Below, piece by piece: positions 12,925-23,899 of a stretch of DNA of 32,000 nucleotides; position 1 is the first letter of the stretch, and every line of letters begins with the position of its first letter. The stretch lies in contig NZ_CP027806.1 in assembly GCF_003353065.1 (NCBI RefSeq), positions 1,411,353-1,443,352 of the forward strand, written 5' to 3'. A program made the translations under genes and the position numbers. This DNA comes from Cyclonatronum proteinivorum. GTDB lineage: Bacteria; Bacteroidota; Rhodothermia; Balneolales; Cyclonatronaceae. The notes under the pieces are model-generated. The model was given only the letters and a program-made list of their open reading frames with translations, was not told the DNA's origin and did no database searches.

Positions 12925-15900
12925 ATGTTTAATGTACCAATAATAAACTCTATGATCTCAAAATCTATAAGATTTAAGGTATTGATTCTGAGTGCTTTGG
13001 CATTTCTTCTTATGATCCCTGCAGGCCTGCAGGCACAGGAAGAAATCAAATGGCACGAAGGATATATCAAAATTAAACTTGCGCCGCAGGCAAACGATCT
13101 GCTTCAGCGCACGAGCCTCGCGGATAACCCGCAGCTAACCGGAATCGAGGCTGTGGATGCCCTGCATCAGCAGTTCAATGTGCTCAGCATGGAGCAGGTG
13201 TTCGTTACCGACCCCCGCTTTGCCGAGCGTCATCGCCGTCACGGCCTCGACCGCTGGTTCCGCATTCAGTTTGATGCTTCTGCTTCAGAAGATCAGGTTA
13301 TCAGCAGCTACAGTGCACTGCCCGAAATTGAAGTGGCAGAAAAAATTTATGTACGGCATCTTATTGCTGACCCTGTAAGCTCACAGGAACTGTTTGAAAG
13401 TATTCAGAACTTCGACGATCCCCGTCTTGATGAGCAGTGGCACTACAATAACACCGGTCAGACCGGCGGCAACCCCGGTTCTGATATCAGCCTGTTTCAG
13501 GCCTGGGGTCTGGAAACCGGGAATTCAGATGTCATCGTCAAAGTCATGGACAGCGGTATCGATCTGAACCATCCTGATCTTGAAGAAACCTTTTGGGATA
13601 ACCCCGTGCCCGGCCCCGAAAACGGATTCGACGGCGATGTGCACGGCTGGAATTTTGTAAACAACACCCCTGATATTCAGGATCAGAACAATCACGGTAC
13701 ACACGTATCCGGTACGATTGCAGCCCGCAACAACAACGGAGTCGGAGTAGCCGGTATCGCTGGTGGTGATGAAAATGGTCCTGGTGTCAAGATTATGACC
13801 GCGCGCGTTTTCTCCGGCGCTGGTGATACGCCGGGCGGCTTCCCGCAGGGCTTTGTGTACGGGGCCGATAACGGTGCAGCCATCTCCAACAACAGCTGGG
13901 GCGGCGGCGGTTTCTCGCAGGTGCTTAACGACGCCATCGACTACTTTATCGAAAATGCGGGTTTTGACGCCGATGGCAACCCCTGGGGTCCAGTACAGGG
14001 CGGTCTGGTTTTCTTTGCCGCCGGTAACAACGGCTCTTCAAGCCCGAGTCAGCCAATTGCTTCTAACCCCGATGTAATTGCGGTTGCCTCAACCAATCAC
14101 AACGATCAGAAAGCCTGGTACTCGCAGTTTGGTACGTGGATTGATATTTCCGCGCCCGGTGGTGAAACCAATTCAGCAGCCAATCAGGGTGTACTGAGCA
14201 CAACCCGCAACAATGGGTACGCCTTCTTTCAGGGTACGTCCATGGCTTCCCCCCATGCTACTGGTGTAGCGGCTTTGGTTGCTTCGAGATTTCCGGGCAG
14301 CACCGCCGATGAAATCTACGGACGCATTCTTTTCACCGTTGACGACATCGAAGACGCCCTTGCCCCAACCCATCAGGGGTTGATGGGCGCCGGACGTATT
14401 AACGCTTTCCGCGCGCTTGAAGAAGACGACGGCGTGCCGCCTGCTACGGTTACAGACCTGACCTCGGTCGGGATGCCCGCAGAGAATTTCGTCACGCTGA
14501 GCTGGACTGCACCGGGCAGCAGCGGCGATGAAGGTCAGGCGTTTCTGTACGATCTGCGTATCTCCCAAAGCCCGATCACTGCCGATAATTTTGAGAATGC
14601 CGACGAACTTGAGATCGGACGCCCCGCTGCCGCAGGTGCGACGGAAATGGTTGACGTGACCGACCTTAGCCCGCAGACAACCTACTATTTCGCGCTTAAA
14701 GCCCGCGACCTCTTCGGTAACTTCAGCGATATTTCTAATGTAATTGAAGTAACAACAGACGGCTCGCCCGCCATCGCGCTGAGCGCTACGCAGTTTAGCA
14801 GTGAAATTGCCGTAGGCGATACGGAAGAGCAAACCCTGGTAATTACCAACACCGGTGAAGGGCTGCTGACCTACACCTTCCCTTCATTCCTGCAGAATAC
14901 CGCGCTCACCAACGAAAACGGCGCCCTCCTGAAAACGCAGGCCGCTTTCAACCCTACCGCTGCAGATCTTCGGCAGGCCGCACAGCGCCTGATCATTGCA
15001 CAGCATGACAGCGGACAGCTTACCCGTCCAAACAGCTATCAGCGCTCCGTGATTGAGGCCGTGCAGCAGCTGCGCGCTTCTGAAGTAAGTCAGCCAGCCG
15101 CTGCGCCCGCTGATGCTTCCGTCATCATTGAGTTTGAAGCACTGTCTGCCTCAGGCGGTGAATTTTTTAATGTAACGGATGAAGGTTATTCGGGTGAACT
15201 GACAGCCGTTCGCGGCGACTTCGTGCTCAACAGCGGCCCGGGTGCCCTTTGGGCTAGTGACTTCGCGGTTCTGCTTACAACCGAGGAAGAAATCAACAGC
15301 AGTACCGTTGTGCTGCAGGTCGGCGGATTTTCTGATTTCGGACCCTCCGGCACGCGCATTCCCTGGGGCGTGGGCAACAGCGGCCCGGGAACACCGGTCA
15401 ACACGACCATCACCCTCCCCACTCCGCTGGAAATGGATGATCTGTATGTCTGGATCGGAAACGGCTGGGCGACCGGCGGCCTTGGCGAATGGGAAGGACT
15501 CGTTGAGCTGATTGGCGCTTCTGATTCCCCCGGCTTTGTGTCTTCAATTAGCCCTGCCGCTGGCTCTATCCCTGTTGGTGGCAGCACTGAAGTAACCATC
15601 ACCTTTGATGCTACCGAAATCGTTGCCGGTGTGTATGAATCTTCTACACGCCTGCTCAGCAATGATCTGAGCAACCCGCTTACCATGATCGACTTCTTCC
15701 TGCAAACAGAGGGCGGTGAACCCGTTCTTGAGGCTTCTGAGGAAGAGCTGGCATACGGTAATCTGTTCCGCAACGAATCCAGCACCCTGTCCTTTACCCT
15801 TACCAATACCGGGACTGCGCTGGCAAATGTTGGTGAAATTATCATCAGCGATGATGCATATGTGAGCAGCAACGCAGGTGATTTCCTGCTCGCGCCCGGA

Positions 15901-17931
15901 CAGGTCGCGGCCTTTGACGTCACCTTTACCCCAACCGAAGTTCGCGATTACGATGCCACCCTTACCATCCCGAACAACACAGAAGTGGGTGATTTGGTGA
16001 TTACGCTCAGCGGTGCCGGAACAGAAGTACCGGAGCTGATTCTCAATCCGGATCAGGTTTCTGCAACCCTTACAAGCGGCGCCACAGCTGAGCGCAGCAT
16101 TATGATCGAAAACGAGGGTGATGGTCCCCTTGAGTTTGCTTTCCCTGCATTTGCCGCTGAGCGCATTCTCAATGGCGAAACCGGTGCCCATTCAATTCTG
16201 ACCAAAAGCCTTGCCGCGCCGCTTACGGAAGCTGAGCTCGAGCAGGTTCGTGAACGCGCTGCCCTGCGTGATGGCGCCCTTAGCGAAAGGTCATCAGATG
16301 CGGTTCGTCAGACGGGCAGCAGTGCGGGGCTCAGTAACGAAACCGCTTTTACCGTTGAATTTGACAACTTCACCGCGAGCGGTGGCGAGTTCACCCTGAT
16401 CCATGAAGGGCTGCAGGGAGAGCTGACTGCTGTTGATCCTGATTTTGTGATCGAAAGCTCGCAGGGCAATACCTGGGCAAATGACCTCGCCTTCCTGTTT
16501 ACGAGTAGTGAAGAGCTGTCATCTGAGGCCATTGTACTTCAGGTTGGCGGTCTTACCAACTACGGGCCAACACCCCGCGTACCTTGGGTTGGTGGCGCAA
16601 GTTCATCTCCTGGTACGCCGGTAACGGAAGCCATTACGATTCCGACGCCCTTAGATGTTGAGGGTCTTTACCTCTGGATCGGTCACGGCTGGACACCCGG
16701 CGGCTCAAGCAGTTGGAGCGGTTCGGTTGATTTTATCGGTATCAGCGATCGTGATCCGTTTATCAGCAGCGTAAGCCCGGCTTCCGGCACGGTCGAAGCA
16801 GGTGAAAGCCTCGAAGTCTTTTTTACCTTTGATGCAACTGATTACGATGAAGGCGAATATGTGCGCGAACTCGCGCTGATCAGCAATGATCCGCAGCAGA
16901 CCGAAGCTATCGTTACGGCGACCATGACGGTAACCGAGGCTGACATGCCGGTTCTTGTTGTAGAGCCGGAGGAAGTCTCGCTCACAATTGAGCAGGGGCA
17001 GGATGCCGTATTCGAATTCACGCTATCCAACGAAGGTTCTGCTATGCTTGAGTTCAGCCTTTCCGCTGCGCTCACCGATGGAGAAACCGCTGATGAAGAT
17101 GAGCTGTTCAGCTTTGATCCGGAAACGGGTATCATCCCTGAAGGCCTCAGCTCGACGATTTCGGCCACAGCAGCCTTAGCTGAGATGATGCCGGGGACCT
17201 ACAACGCGGAAGTTTTCATTGCCAATAACTCAGCCAATGAGCTCGTCGTGCTGCCGGTTACCATTGTAATCGAGCCCGCAAGCAATGAAATCACGTTCCG
17301 TGTTGATATGAGCGTACAGGCAGCTGAAGGCGTTTATCGTCCGGATCTTGGCGATGAAGTGCATGTTCGCGGCAGCTTCAACAACTGGGAAGCACACGAA
17401 GGCACGCAGCTTGCCGAAGAGGCCGATGGCATGTATATGATCGAGCATACGGTGGAAGGCATGCCGGGCGCAGAGCATGAATACAAGTTCTACATCCTCG
17501 CCGGCGACGGCCGTGAGCTGCCCAACGGTGGCTGGGAAGATATGGTCGGCCCTGGCGATAATGGTAACCGCGTACTTGTGATGACGGGCGAAGACATGGA
17601 GCTGGAAAGCGTGTTCTTCAACAACGAAGCCCCCGATACAAGCACCGAGCCTGAGCTTGATATGCCGGTAGCATTCGCGCTGAACCAAAACTATCCCAAC
17701 CCCTTCAACCCGACAACCAACATCACTTACGCCCTCCCCGAGGCCGCCGAAGTGAGGCTGGAAGTGTTCAACCTGCAGGGGCAGCGGGTAGCGGTACTCG
17801 TGAGCGGACAGCAAAACGCCGGTCACCACACCGTCACTTTCGATGCAAGCCGCCTTGCTTCAGGCATGTACCTGTACCGTCTGCAGGCCGGCAGCTTCGT
17901 TAACACCCAAAAAATGATGCTGCTCAAATAG
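12925..17931 (+). CDS. Secreted multidomain subtilisin-family (S8) serine protease with T9SS C-terminal sorting domain
   Basis: The catalytic motifs are [13 protein letters not shown] (Asp), [11 protein letters not shown] (His) and [16 protein letters not shown] (Ser). An FN3-like segment (LSWTAPG...YYFALKARD) is present, along with two copies of a ~190-aa module of unknown function. The C-terminus is [37 protein letters not shown]...[22 protein letters not shown], typical of the Por/T9SS CTD. A likely better start is ATG 12952 ([29 protein letters not shown]). Confidence 0.95.
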   Translation: MFNVPIINSMISKSIRFKVLILSALAFLLMIPAGLQAQEEIKWHEGYIKIKLAPQANDLLQRTSLADNPQLTGIEAVDALHQQFNVLSMEQVFVTDPRFAERHRRHGLDRWFRIQFDASASEDQVISSYSALPEIEVAEKIYVRHLIADPVSSQELFESIQNFDDPRLDEQWHYNNTGQTGGNPGSDISLFQAWGLETGNSDVIVKVMDSGIDLNHPDLEETFWDNPVPGPENGFDGDVHGWNFVNNTPDIQDQNNHGTHVSGTIAARNNNGVGVAGIAGGDENGPGVKIMTARVFSGAGDTPGGFPQGFVYGADNGAAISNNSWGGGGFSQVLNDAIDYFIENAGFDADGNPWGPVQGGLVFFAAGNNGSSSPSQPIASNPDVIAVASTNHNDQKAWYSQFGTWIDISAPGGETNSAANQGVLSTTRNNGYAFFQGTSMASPHATGVAALVASRFPGSTADEIYGRILFTVDDIEDALAPTHQGLMGAGRINAFRALEEDDGVPPATVTDLTSVGMPAENFVTLSWTAPGSSGDEGQAFLYDLRISQSPITADNFENADELEIGRPAAAGATEMVDVTDLSPQTTYYFALKARDLFGNFSDISNVIEVTTDGSPAIALSATQFSSEIAVGDTEEQTLVITNTGEGLLTYTFPSFLQNTALTNENGALLKTQAAFNPTAADLRQAAQRLIIAQHDSGQLTRPNSYQRSVIEAVQQLRASEVSQPAAAPADASVIIEFEALSASGGEFFNVTDEGYSGELTAVRGDFVLNSGPGALWASDFAVLLTTEEEINSSTVVLQVGGFSDFGPSGTRIPWGVGNSGPGTPVNTTITLPTPLEMDDLYVWIGNGWATGGLGEWEGLVELIGASDSPGFVSSISPAAGSIPVGGSTEVTITFDATEIVAGVYESSTRLLSNDLSNPLTMIDFFLQTEGGEPVLEASEEELAYGNLFRNESSTLSFTLTNTGTALANVGEIIISDDAYVSSNAGDFLLAPGQVAAFDVTFTPTEVRDYDATLTIPNNTEVGDLVITLSGAGTEVPELILNPDQVSATLTSGATAERSIMIENEGDGPLEFAFPAFAAERILNGETGAHSILTKSLAAPLTEAELEQVRERAALRDGALSERSSDAVRQTGSSAGLSNETAFTVEFDNFTASGGEFTLIHEGLQGELTAVDPDFVIESSQGNTWANDLAFLFTSSEELSSEAIVLQVGGLTNYGPTPRVPWVGGASSSPGTPVTEAITIPTPLDVEGLYLWIGHGWTPGGSSSWSGSVDFIGISDRDPFISSVSPASGTVEAGESLEVFFTFDATDYDEGEYVRELALISNDPQQTEAIVTATMTVTEADMPVLVVEPEEVSLTIEQGQDAVFEFTLSNEGSAMLEFSLSAALTDGETADEDELFSFDPETGIIPEGLSSTISATAALAEMMPGTYNAEVFIANNSANELVVLPVTIVIEPASNEITFRVDMSVQAAEGVYRPDLGDEVHVRGSFNNWEAHEGTQLAEEADGMYMIEHTVEGMPGAEHEYKFYILAGDGRELPNGGWEDMVGPGDNGNRVLVMTGEDMELESVFFNNEAPDTSTEPELDMPVAFALNQNYPNPFNPTTNITYALPEAAEVRLEVFNLQGQRVAVLVSGQQNAGHHTVTFDASRLASGMYLYRLQAGSFVNTQKMMLLK

Positions 17932-17993
17932 CACAGCATCCGCTGGCTTAGGGTGATGCGGCTGTAAAAAGTGCCGCAAATCCCGGTCAATAC

Positions 17994-18034
17994 AAAAAGC
18001 GCCGGAGAGACTTGTCCTCTCCGGCGCTTTTTTT
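17994..18034. terminator. Rho-independent terminator, potentially bidirectional
   Basis: AAAAAGCGCCGGAGAG-ACTTGTC-CTCTCCGGCGCTTTTTTT. An 11-bp GC-rich perfect stem (17999-18009 / 18017-18027) is flanked by an A-run and a T-run, about 65 nt after the protease stop. Confidence 0.9.
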
Positions 18035-18288
18035 ATGCGGGAAATTTTGTAGACGGCTGGGTCAGTCACGTAGGTCAGGGGTTCCGGCTCAAACACAGAC
18101 CTTTGGTTTTCGGCTGTCAGCGCCTGCAGTCTGTAAATTCCGGTACCACGCAGCGCCTTTGTTTTCGCATAAACGGTGTTACAAAAATGGTCACCAAAAT
18201 ATGACAGTGTAAATACCTTAAATTAGTTATATTCGACTTGATGAGATAAATAACACACTGTTAATAAATCAAATAGGGTTTATTATAT

Positions 18289-19485
18289 ATGAAGAATAGG
18301 GTTATGGTATTTTTGATGACAGATTTAGCGCATGTCCGGATACGCGGGTTTAAGAACAGCGCAATAAGCAGTTACATAAGGTTTGGTATACTGATGCTGG
18401 TACTTTGCGGTGGTTTACCGCTCCCGCCAGCCATACACGCACAGGTGACGCAGGAGACAGTAGCGGCAGATTCGGCAGCGGTTGCGGAACTTGAAGCGCA
18501 AATCAGCACGCTTCAGGCGGGATACACCGCGCAGACAGATCAGCTGTTACAGCGTATCGGCTCGCTGGAGCAGCAGATGCTGCAGCAAAGCGAAGGCCTT
18601 GATGCCCAACTTGAACAACAGTTGGTCCTGATTGATGCACTGCAAAGTCAGCAGCAGCTTCTACAAAGCGGGCTTGCAGAAAGTACGTTACTGCGGCAGC
18701 AGCTCGAGGCCGAACTTCAGCTGCAGTCCGATTCACTTACCGCCATGCGTGAATTGCTTGCCATGCAGTCGGAAACCTTTCAGCGCATTCTTGACGATAA
18801 TCAGGCGCAGTTCCGGCAAACGCTGGCAGATACCGAGCGACAGCTCGGCAGCCTGAGCGATGATTTTGAAGACCGTTTAAGCCAAAGTACCGGTTTGCTT
18901 TGGGGCATTGTCAGCTTGCTTGGCGTGTTTTTGCTGGCGGCCTTTTTCTACCTTCGGAGCGCGATGCGTACACAGCAGCAGGAGATGCAAAAAGAGCTCA
19001 CGCAAGCGGAAGCGCGTATAAGCGAAGACTCGGCCTCGGCAGTTGCCGCGCTTGATGAGCGGCTGACCTCAGCACATGATACGCTCGCGCAGCAGCTTCA
19101 GGATGAGCTTGCAGCCATGCGCGAAGTGCTTGAAACGAAGGTTAAGGCCCTTGAAGAAGCGCAGCAGGCAGAGGCAGAGGCGCGGCAGCAGGACAAAGAC
19201 GCGCAAAACGCTGCACTCGAGAATCTTGCAAAGACATGTGTGGAAAAAGAAGAAGGTCTTGTAAAGCAGGCCCTTGCAACAGCAAAGCAGGTCGCAACCC
19301 TTGTGGAAAAGCAGCTCAAGCTCAGTGAGGAAACGGAAAAGGCTGCGGCTGTTCCGGCGGAAATCCTGCCGGAACTCATAAAGCTCAAAGAAACCCTTGC
19401 CGGCTTGGAGCCTGCCCCCCGCGGACTCAAAACGCTGCTCACATCCCTCCAAAAAATTCAAAAGCGCCTTTCAGGCATTGTATAG
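18289..19485 (+). CDS. Q/L/E-rich coiled-coil membrane protein, function unknown
   Basis: N-terminal hydrophobic leader (FGILMLVLCGGLPLPPAIHAQ), then long heptad-like Q/L/E-rich stretches. There is one internal TM (LLWGIVSLLGVFLLAAFFYL) followed by a second coiled-coil half. No family recognised. Confidence 0.6.
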   Translation: MKNRVMVFLMTDLAHVRIRGFKNSAISSYIRFGILMLVLCGGLPLPPAIHAQVTQETVAADSAAVAELEAQISTLQAGYTAQTDQLLQRIGSLEQQMLQQSEGLDAQLEQQLVLIDALQSQQQLLQSGLAESTLLRQQLEAELQLQSDSLTAMRELLAMQSETFQRILDDNQAQFRQTLADTERQLGSLSDDFEDRLSQSTGLLWGIVSLLGVFLLAAFFYLRSAMRTQQQEMQKELTQAEARISEDSASAVAALDERLTSAHDTLAQQLQDELAAMREVLETKVKALEEAQQAEAEARQQDKDAQNAALENLAKTCVEKEEGLVKQALATAKQVATLVEKQLKLSEETEKAAAVPAEILPELIKLKETLAGLEPAPRGLKTLLTSLQKIQKRLSGIV

Positions 19486-19584
19486 CTGGAAGTTCGCTAT
19501 ATTCGCCCATGCAGATGGAATATCATGGCCGGAGCTTACCTCTCCGGCCTTCCTTTTTTTCTCAAAATCCCAATTCCTGTTCCG

Positions 19585-21102
19585 ATGTCCCTGAACCGTT
19601 CAATTTTGAATGTACCTGTTATGGCAGCGCTTATGGTTGTGCTGCTGTTTTCGCTTGACACTGAATCCGCTGCTGCACAGAATATGCTGCTCGAAGCCGA
19701 GTCGGCAGTCAGCAGCGAGCACACGGTCACCATTCTGGGACAGCGGGTGCCTTACAGAGCCACCGCGGGGACGTTGCCGGTGCTGAATGAAGATGGCAAA
19801 GTGCTCGCCTCCCTCTTTTATGTGTTCTACGAGCGCACCGATGTACGCGACAAAAGCAGGCGTCCGCTGGTGTTCTCCTTCAACGGCGGACCCGGCTCGG
19901 CCTCGGTTTGGATGCATATCGGCTACACCGGTCCGCGCTTTTTGAATATCGACGATGAAGGCTTCCCCGTGCAGCCCTACGGCGTGGCCGAAAACCCGCA
20001 CTCCATTCTCGATGTGGCTGATATCGTGTTCATTGACCCGGTCAACACCGGCTTCTCCCGCATTCTCAGCGCAGATGCCGAGCGGAGTCAGTTTTTCGGC
20101 GTGAATGCGGACATCAACTACCTCGCCGCCTGGATTGATCTGTTCGTGAGCCGGCACGACCGCTGGCGCTCACCCAAATACCTGAAAGGCGAGAGCTACG
20201 GCACAACCCGCGTCGCCGGCCTCGCGCGCCGCCTCCAAAGCGCGCACTGGATGTACCTCAACGGTGTCATCCTCGTTTCGCCCACTGAAATGGGACTCAA
20301 CCCGCCCGCGATGGAGCCCCGCTCCGAAATCCTGAAGCTGCCCTACTATGCCGCAACCGCCTGGTATCACGGTCAGCTCGAACCGGCGCTGCAGCAGCAG
20401 GACCTGTACGACATCCTGCCGGTTGTCGAGGTTTTCACCATCAATGAATATCTGCCCGCGGTTGCCATGGGCGGCTTCCTCGACGAAGAGCGGCGCACCG
20501 AAATCGCTGCGCAGGTCGCCCGCTTCTCGGGCATTGACGCGCAGCACATCCTCAACCACAACCTGACCATCCCGACGCCCTTCTTCTGGAAAGAGCTGCT
20601 CCGCCATGAAGGCCTCACCGTTGGCCGGCTCGACTCCCGCTACCGCGGCATTGACCGCATGGACGCTGGCGACCGCTACGATCACGACCCCGCGCTGACC
20701 TCCTGGAACCACAGCTTCACCCCGGCCATCAACTATTACCTGCGCGAAGTCCTCGGCTACCGCACCGACCTGCGCTACAACATCTTCGGTCCGGTGCACC
20801 CCTGGGATCGCAGTAACGACAGCACCGGCGACGACCTCCGCCGCGCCATGGGCGAAAACCCCTTCCTGCACGTCATGATTCAGGCCGGCTACTACGACGG
20901 CGCAACCGATTATTTCTCCGCCAAATACGCCATGTGGAACATGGACCGCAGCGGCAAAGTCCGCGACAGGCTCCGCTTCGAAGGCTACCGCAGCGGCCAC
21001 ATGATGTACCTGCGCCAGGAAGACCTCGCCACCAGCAATCAGCACATCCGCGAATTCATCCGCGACTCGATATCCGAGCCGGGGGAGCCGGCACGGTACT
21101 GA
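19585..21102 (+). CDS. Serine carboxypeptidase, peptidase S10 family (secreted)
   Basis: From ATG 19585 there is a signal peptide (MSLNRSILNVPVMAALMVVLLFSLDTESAAAQN). S10-like motifs are FSFNGGPGSASVW and the nucleophile elbow LKGESYGTTRV. The tracked ORF start at 19525 adds 20 non-signal residues. Confidence 0.8.
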   Translation: MSLNRSILNVPVMAALMVVLLFSLDTESAAAQNMLLEAESAVSSEHTVTILGQRVPYRATAGTLPVLNEDGKVLASLFYVFYERTDVRDKSRRPLVFSFNGGPGSASVWMHIGYTGPRFLNIDDEGFPVQPYGVAENPHSILDVADIVFIDPVNTGFSRILSADAERSQFFGVNADINYLAAWIDLFVSRHDRWRSPKYLKGESYGTTRVAGLARRLQSAHWMYLNGVILVSPTEMGLNPPAMEPRSEILKLPYYAATAWYHGQLEPALQQQDLYDILPVVEVFTINEYLPAVAMGGFLDEERRTEIAAQVARFSGIDAQHILNHNLTIPTPFFWKELLRHEGLTVGRLDSRYRGIDRMDAGDRYDHDPALTSWNHSFTPAINYYLREVLGYRTDLRYNIFGPVHPWDRSNDSTGDDLRRAMGENPFLHVMIQAGYYDGATDYFSAKYAMWNMDRSGKVRDRLRFEGYRSGHMMYLRQEDLATSNQHIREFIRDSISEPGEPARY

Positions 21103-21565
21103 GTCTGAATCAACAGGTCGGGATTTCTCCGAATCCGGCGAGCCGCGACGTCCCTCACCCGGAATGAAATCGTAAAGGCGACGCCTTGTGATCGCCTCGC
21201 ATGCGCGCCCTGCGGCACTCGCGGGGAATTTGGGGGCTTCGCTTTTCTACAATAATGGCACACGTTCGGGGTTGGGGAGCATCACGATATATCCCAAAAC
21301 CCTGTTTGCTCAGTATTTAGGCAAAGGGATTACGCGAAGACGGGAAGGAGGCGCGAAGGCCGCGACGCAATTACGGAACGCGGAATGGGCGGATCGCCCC
21401 GGATTAACCCGGATTTTAAGTTAGATGTATCGTTCGGTTTTGGTACTTCATTAGCATTGCAAGGACAAAGTACCGCCCTAACAGTGCGAGTATCGCAAAT
21501 AAAATCAATCACTAATCCCCATCAGCGACACACTGACATACTGCCCCCACTGACATACTGAAACT

Positions 21566-22909
21566 CTACATTTTCATGTGGTATTTCGCATCAACCGGTT
21601 TGAGGGCGAGGTTGCAGGCGAAGCCGATGGCGAGGAGGGCGGCCATGATGTACATGGTGATGGTGTAGGCATCGGCGGGGGCGACGCCGCTGTCGATTTG
21701 CCACTGCCGCAGGTAGTTGATGAGCACGGGGCCGAGTACGCCGGCGGTGCTCCAGGCGGTGAGCAGGCGACCGTGTATGGCGCCGACCTGATAGGTGCCG
21801 AACATGTCGCGCAGGTAGGCGGGGATGGTTGCAAAGCCGCCGCCGTACATGGTCATGATCACGGAAAAGGCCGCGATAAAGAGGAAGGCGGTTTCAAATT
21901 TGCCGAGGGAGGGCACGGTGGCGTAGAGCAGCAGGCCGAGGCCGAAGTAGATGCCGTAGGTGGTTTGCCGCCCGATTTTGTCGGAGAGGGAGGACCAGAA
22001 AAAGCGGCCAATCAGGTTGAAGAAGCTGAGCAGGGCCACGAAGAGCGCGGCATCCGCGACGGTGATGGTGGCGGGGAACATTTCCTGAATCATGGGCGAA
22101 GCCTGACCGAGCACACCGATGCCGGCGGTGACGTTCACGCAGAGCATGACCCAAAGCAGCCAGAATTGCGGGGTTTTGAGGGCGGTATCGGCATCTACGT
22201 GGTTGGAGGTGATCATGCCGCTTGTGGATTTGACGGGCACATAGCCTTCGGGCTTCCATCCGTCGGGCGGCACGCGGACGAGGGCGACGCCGATCATCAT
22301 CAGTACAAAATAGATGCTGCCCATCACCAGCATGGTCTCCCAGACACCGGCGGATTCAGGTCCGCTGAAGGTGCCGAGCAGGCGCACGGCGAGGGGGGAG
22401 CCGATCATCGCGCCGCCGCCAAATCCCATGATCGCCATGCCGGTCGCCATGCCGGGCCGGTCAGGGAACCATTTGATGAGGGTGGAAACCGGCGAGATGT
22501 AGCCGATGCCCAAACCAATGCCGCCAAGTACGCCGTAGCCGAGATAGACGAGCCAGATCTGATGCAGGTGCACGCCCAGGGCGGAAACAAAAAAACCGCC
22601 ACTGAAGCACAGGGCGGCATAAAACATGGCTTTGCGGGGGCCTTCGCGCTCCAGCCATTTTCCGAAGAGGGCTGCGGATAGGCCGAGGAAAACAATGGCG
22701 ATGGAGAAAATCCAGCCGATTTGGGTCAGGCGCCAGTCAGCAGCGGTGGATTCGGTGACGCCGATGAGCTGTGAGAGCGGCAGGTTGAATACGCTGAAGG
22801 CATATACCTGCCCGATCGCGAGGTGTATGGCAAGGGCCGCGGGCGGAATGAGCCAGCGGTTGTGGTCCGGGGCAGCGACGGTGTGCTTGCGGTCGAGGAA
22901 GGAAAACAA
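21566..22909 (-). CDS. MFS transporter, oxalate/formate antiporter (OFA) family
   Basis: About 12 predicted hydrophobic helices. The N-terminus NRWLIPPAALAIHLAIGQVYAFSVFNLPL is typical of OFA/YhjX-like MFS proteins. The gene lies directly downstream of pflB-pflA on the same strand. Confidence 0.85.
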   Translation of the reverse strand: MFSFLDRKHTVAAPDHNRWLIPPAALAIHLAIGQVYAFSVFNLPLSQLIGVTESTAADWRLTQIGWIFSIAIVFLGLSAALFGKWLEREGPRKAMFYAALCFSGGFFVSALGVHLHQIWLVYLGYGVLGGIGLGIGYISPVSTLIKWFPDRPGMATGMAIMGFGGGAMIGSPLAVRLLGTFSGPESAGVWETMLVMGSIYFVLMMIGVALVRVPPDGWKPEGYVPVKSTSGMITSNHVDADTALKTPQFWLLWVMLCVNVTAGIGVLGQASPMIQEMFPATITVADAALFVALLSFFNLIGRFFWSSLSDKIGRQTTYGIYFGLGLLLYATVPSLGKFETAFLFIAAFSVIMTMYGGGFATIPAYLRDMFGTYQVGAIHGRLLTAWSTAGVLGPVLINYLRQWQIDSGVAPADAYTITMYIMAALLAIGFACNLALKPVDAKYHMKM

Positions 22910-23009
22910 AAGCGTGAGGAATTTGAGGTTCGGAGGGTCAGTCGGATCCGGTTGTACCGGAGGCCGGAATCAGCCGGCGGAATTAATGGGGGCGAGGAGT
23001 CATCATCCT

Positions 23010-23744
23010 TTAAAATACTACCAAACCCGCATCGCGAAACACCCCCTGTGCTTCTGCGACCTGTTCGGGCGTGGGTTCGGGCGTGTTGGCCAGCGCGTAG
23101 GTGCGACCAAGCTGCTCCCATTTGTAGCTGCCCATGTTGTGGAAGGGCAGGATGTCAACCCGCTCGATGTTGGGCAGGGTCGCAGCAAAGGCGGCGAGTT
23201 CGGCGAGGTGCTCAGGCTGATCGGTGTAGCCGGGCACGAGCACGTGCCGCAGCCAGACGGGTACGCCGAGTTCGGCGAGGCGCCGGGCAAAAATGAGGGT
23301 GGGCTCGAGTTCGACGCCGGTCAGATTTCGGTAGTTTTCCGGGCGGATGTGCTTGATATCGAGCAGCACGAGGTTGGTGTAGCTCAGGAGCTCGTCATCA
23401 GCGCGCCAGCCGGTGTAGCCGGAGGTATCGAGGGCGGTGTGCACGCCCATTTTGCGGCAGCCTTCGAAAATGGCTTTCACGAAGGCGGGCTGACTCAGCG
23501 GCTCGCCGCCGGAGAGGGTCACCCCGCCACCGGTGCGCTGAAAGAGGTCGCGGTAGCGCGCAATTTCGCGGAGTTGCGTGAAGGCGTCGGTTTTTTCACC
23601 GCAGCGGAAGGGACGGGCATCCGGGTTATGGCAGTACAGGCAGTTGAGGGGGCAGCCCTGCAAAAAGAGCACGCGGCGCACGCCCGGCCCGTCAAGCGTG
23701 CCGGCTGATTCCGCCGAGTGCAGGTAGCCGCTTACATTTTCCAT
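23010..23744 (-). CDS. pflA: Pyruvate formate-lyase activating enzyme (radical SAM)
   Basis: Radical-SAM cluster motif GCPLNCLYCHNPD and SAM-binding GGGVTLSGGEPL. At 244 aa it sits immediately downstream of pflB. Confidence 0.95.
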   Translation of the reverse strand: MENVSGYLHSAESAGTLDGPGVRRVLFLQGCPLNCLYCHNPDARPFRCGEKTDAFTQLREIARYRDLFQRTGGGVTLSGGEPLSQPAFVKAIFEGCRKMGVHTALDTSGYTGWRADDELLSYTNLVLLDIKHIRPENYRNLTGVELEPTLIFARRLAELGVPVWLRHVLVPGYTDQPEHLAELAAFAATLPNIERVDILPFHNMGSYKWEQLGRTYALANTPEPTPEQVAEAQGVFRDAGLVVF

Positions 23745-23899
23745 CGGTTTTCAGTTCAGTTTCTGATACACATCTTTTTCAGTCGATCGTCGGTCCGGAA
23801 ACAGGCCGTATCAGCCGGATGCGGGGACCGGCACGTTGGTGTGCCGTATCCCCGCAGGCTGTGGTTCGGGTCCTTAGCCGGTTGAACTCCGGCTTGGGG

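Noticed and set aside
21451-21483. Hairpin GGTACTT...AAGTACC as a terminator for the convergent S10 peptidase and MFS genes
   Set aside because: It has only a 7-bp stem with an 18-nt loop and no U-run in either orientation. That is not convincing as an intrinsic terminator.
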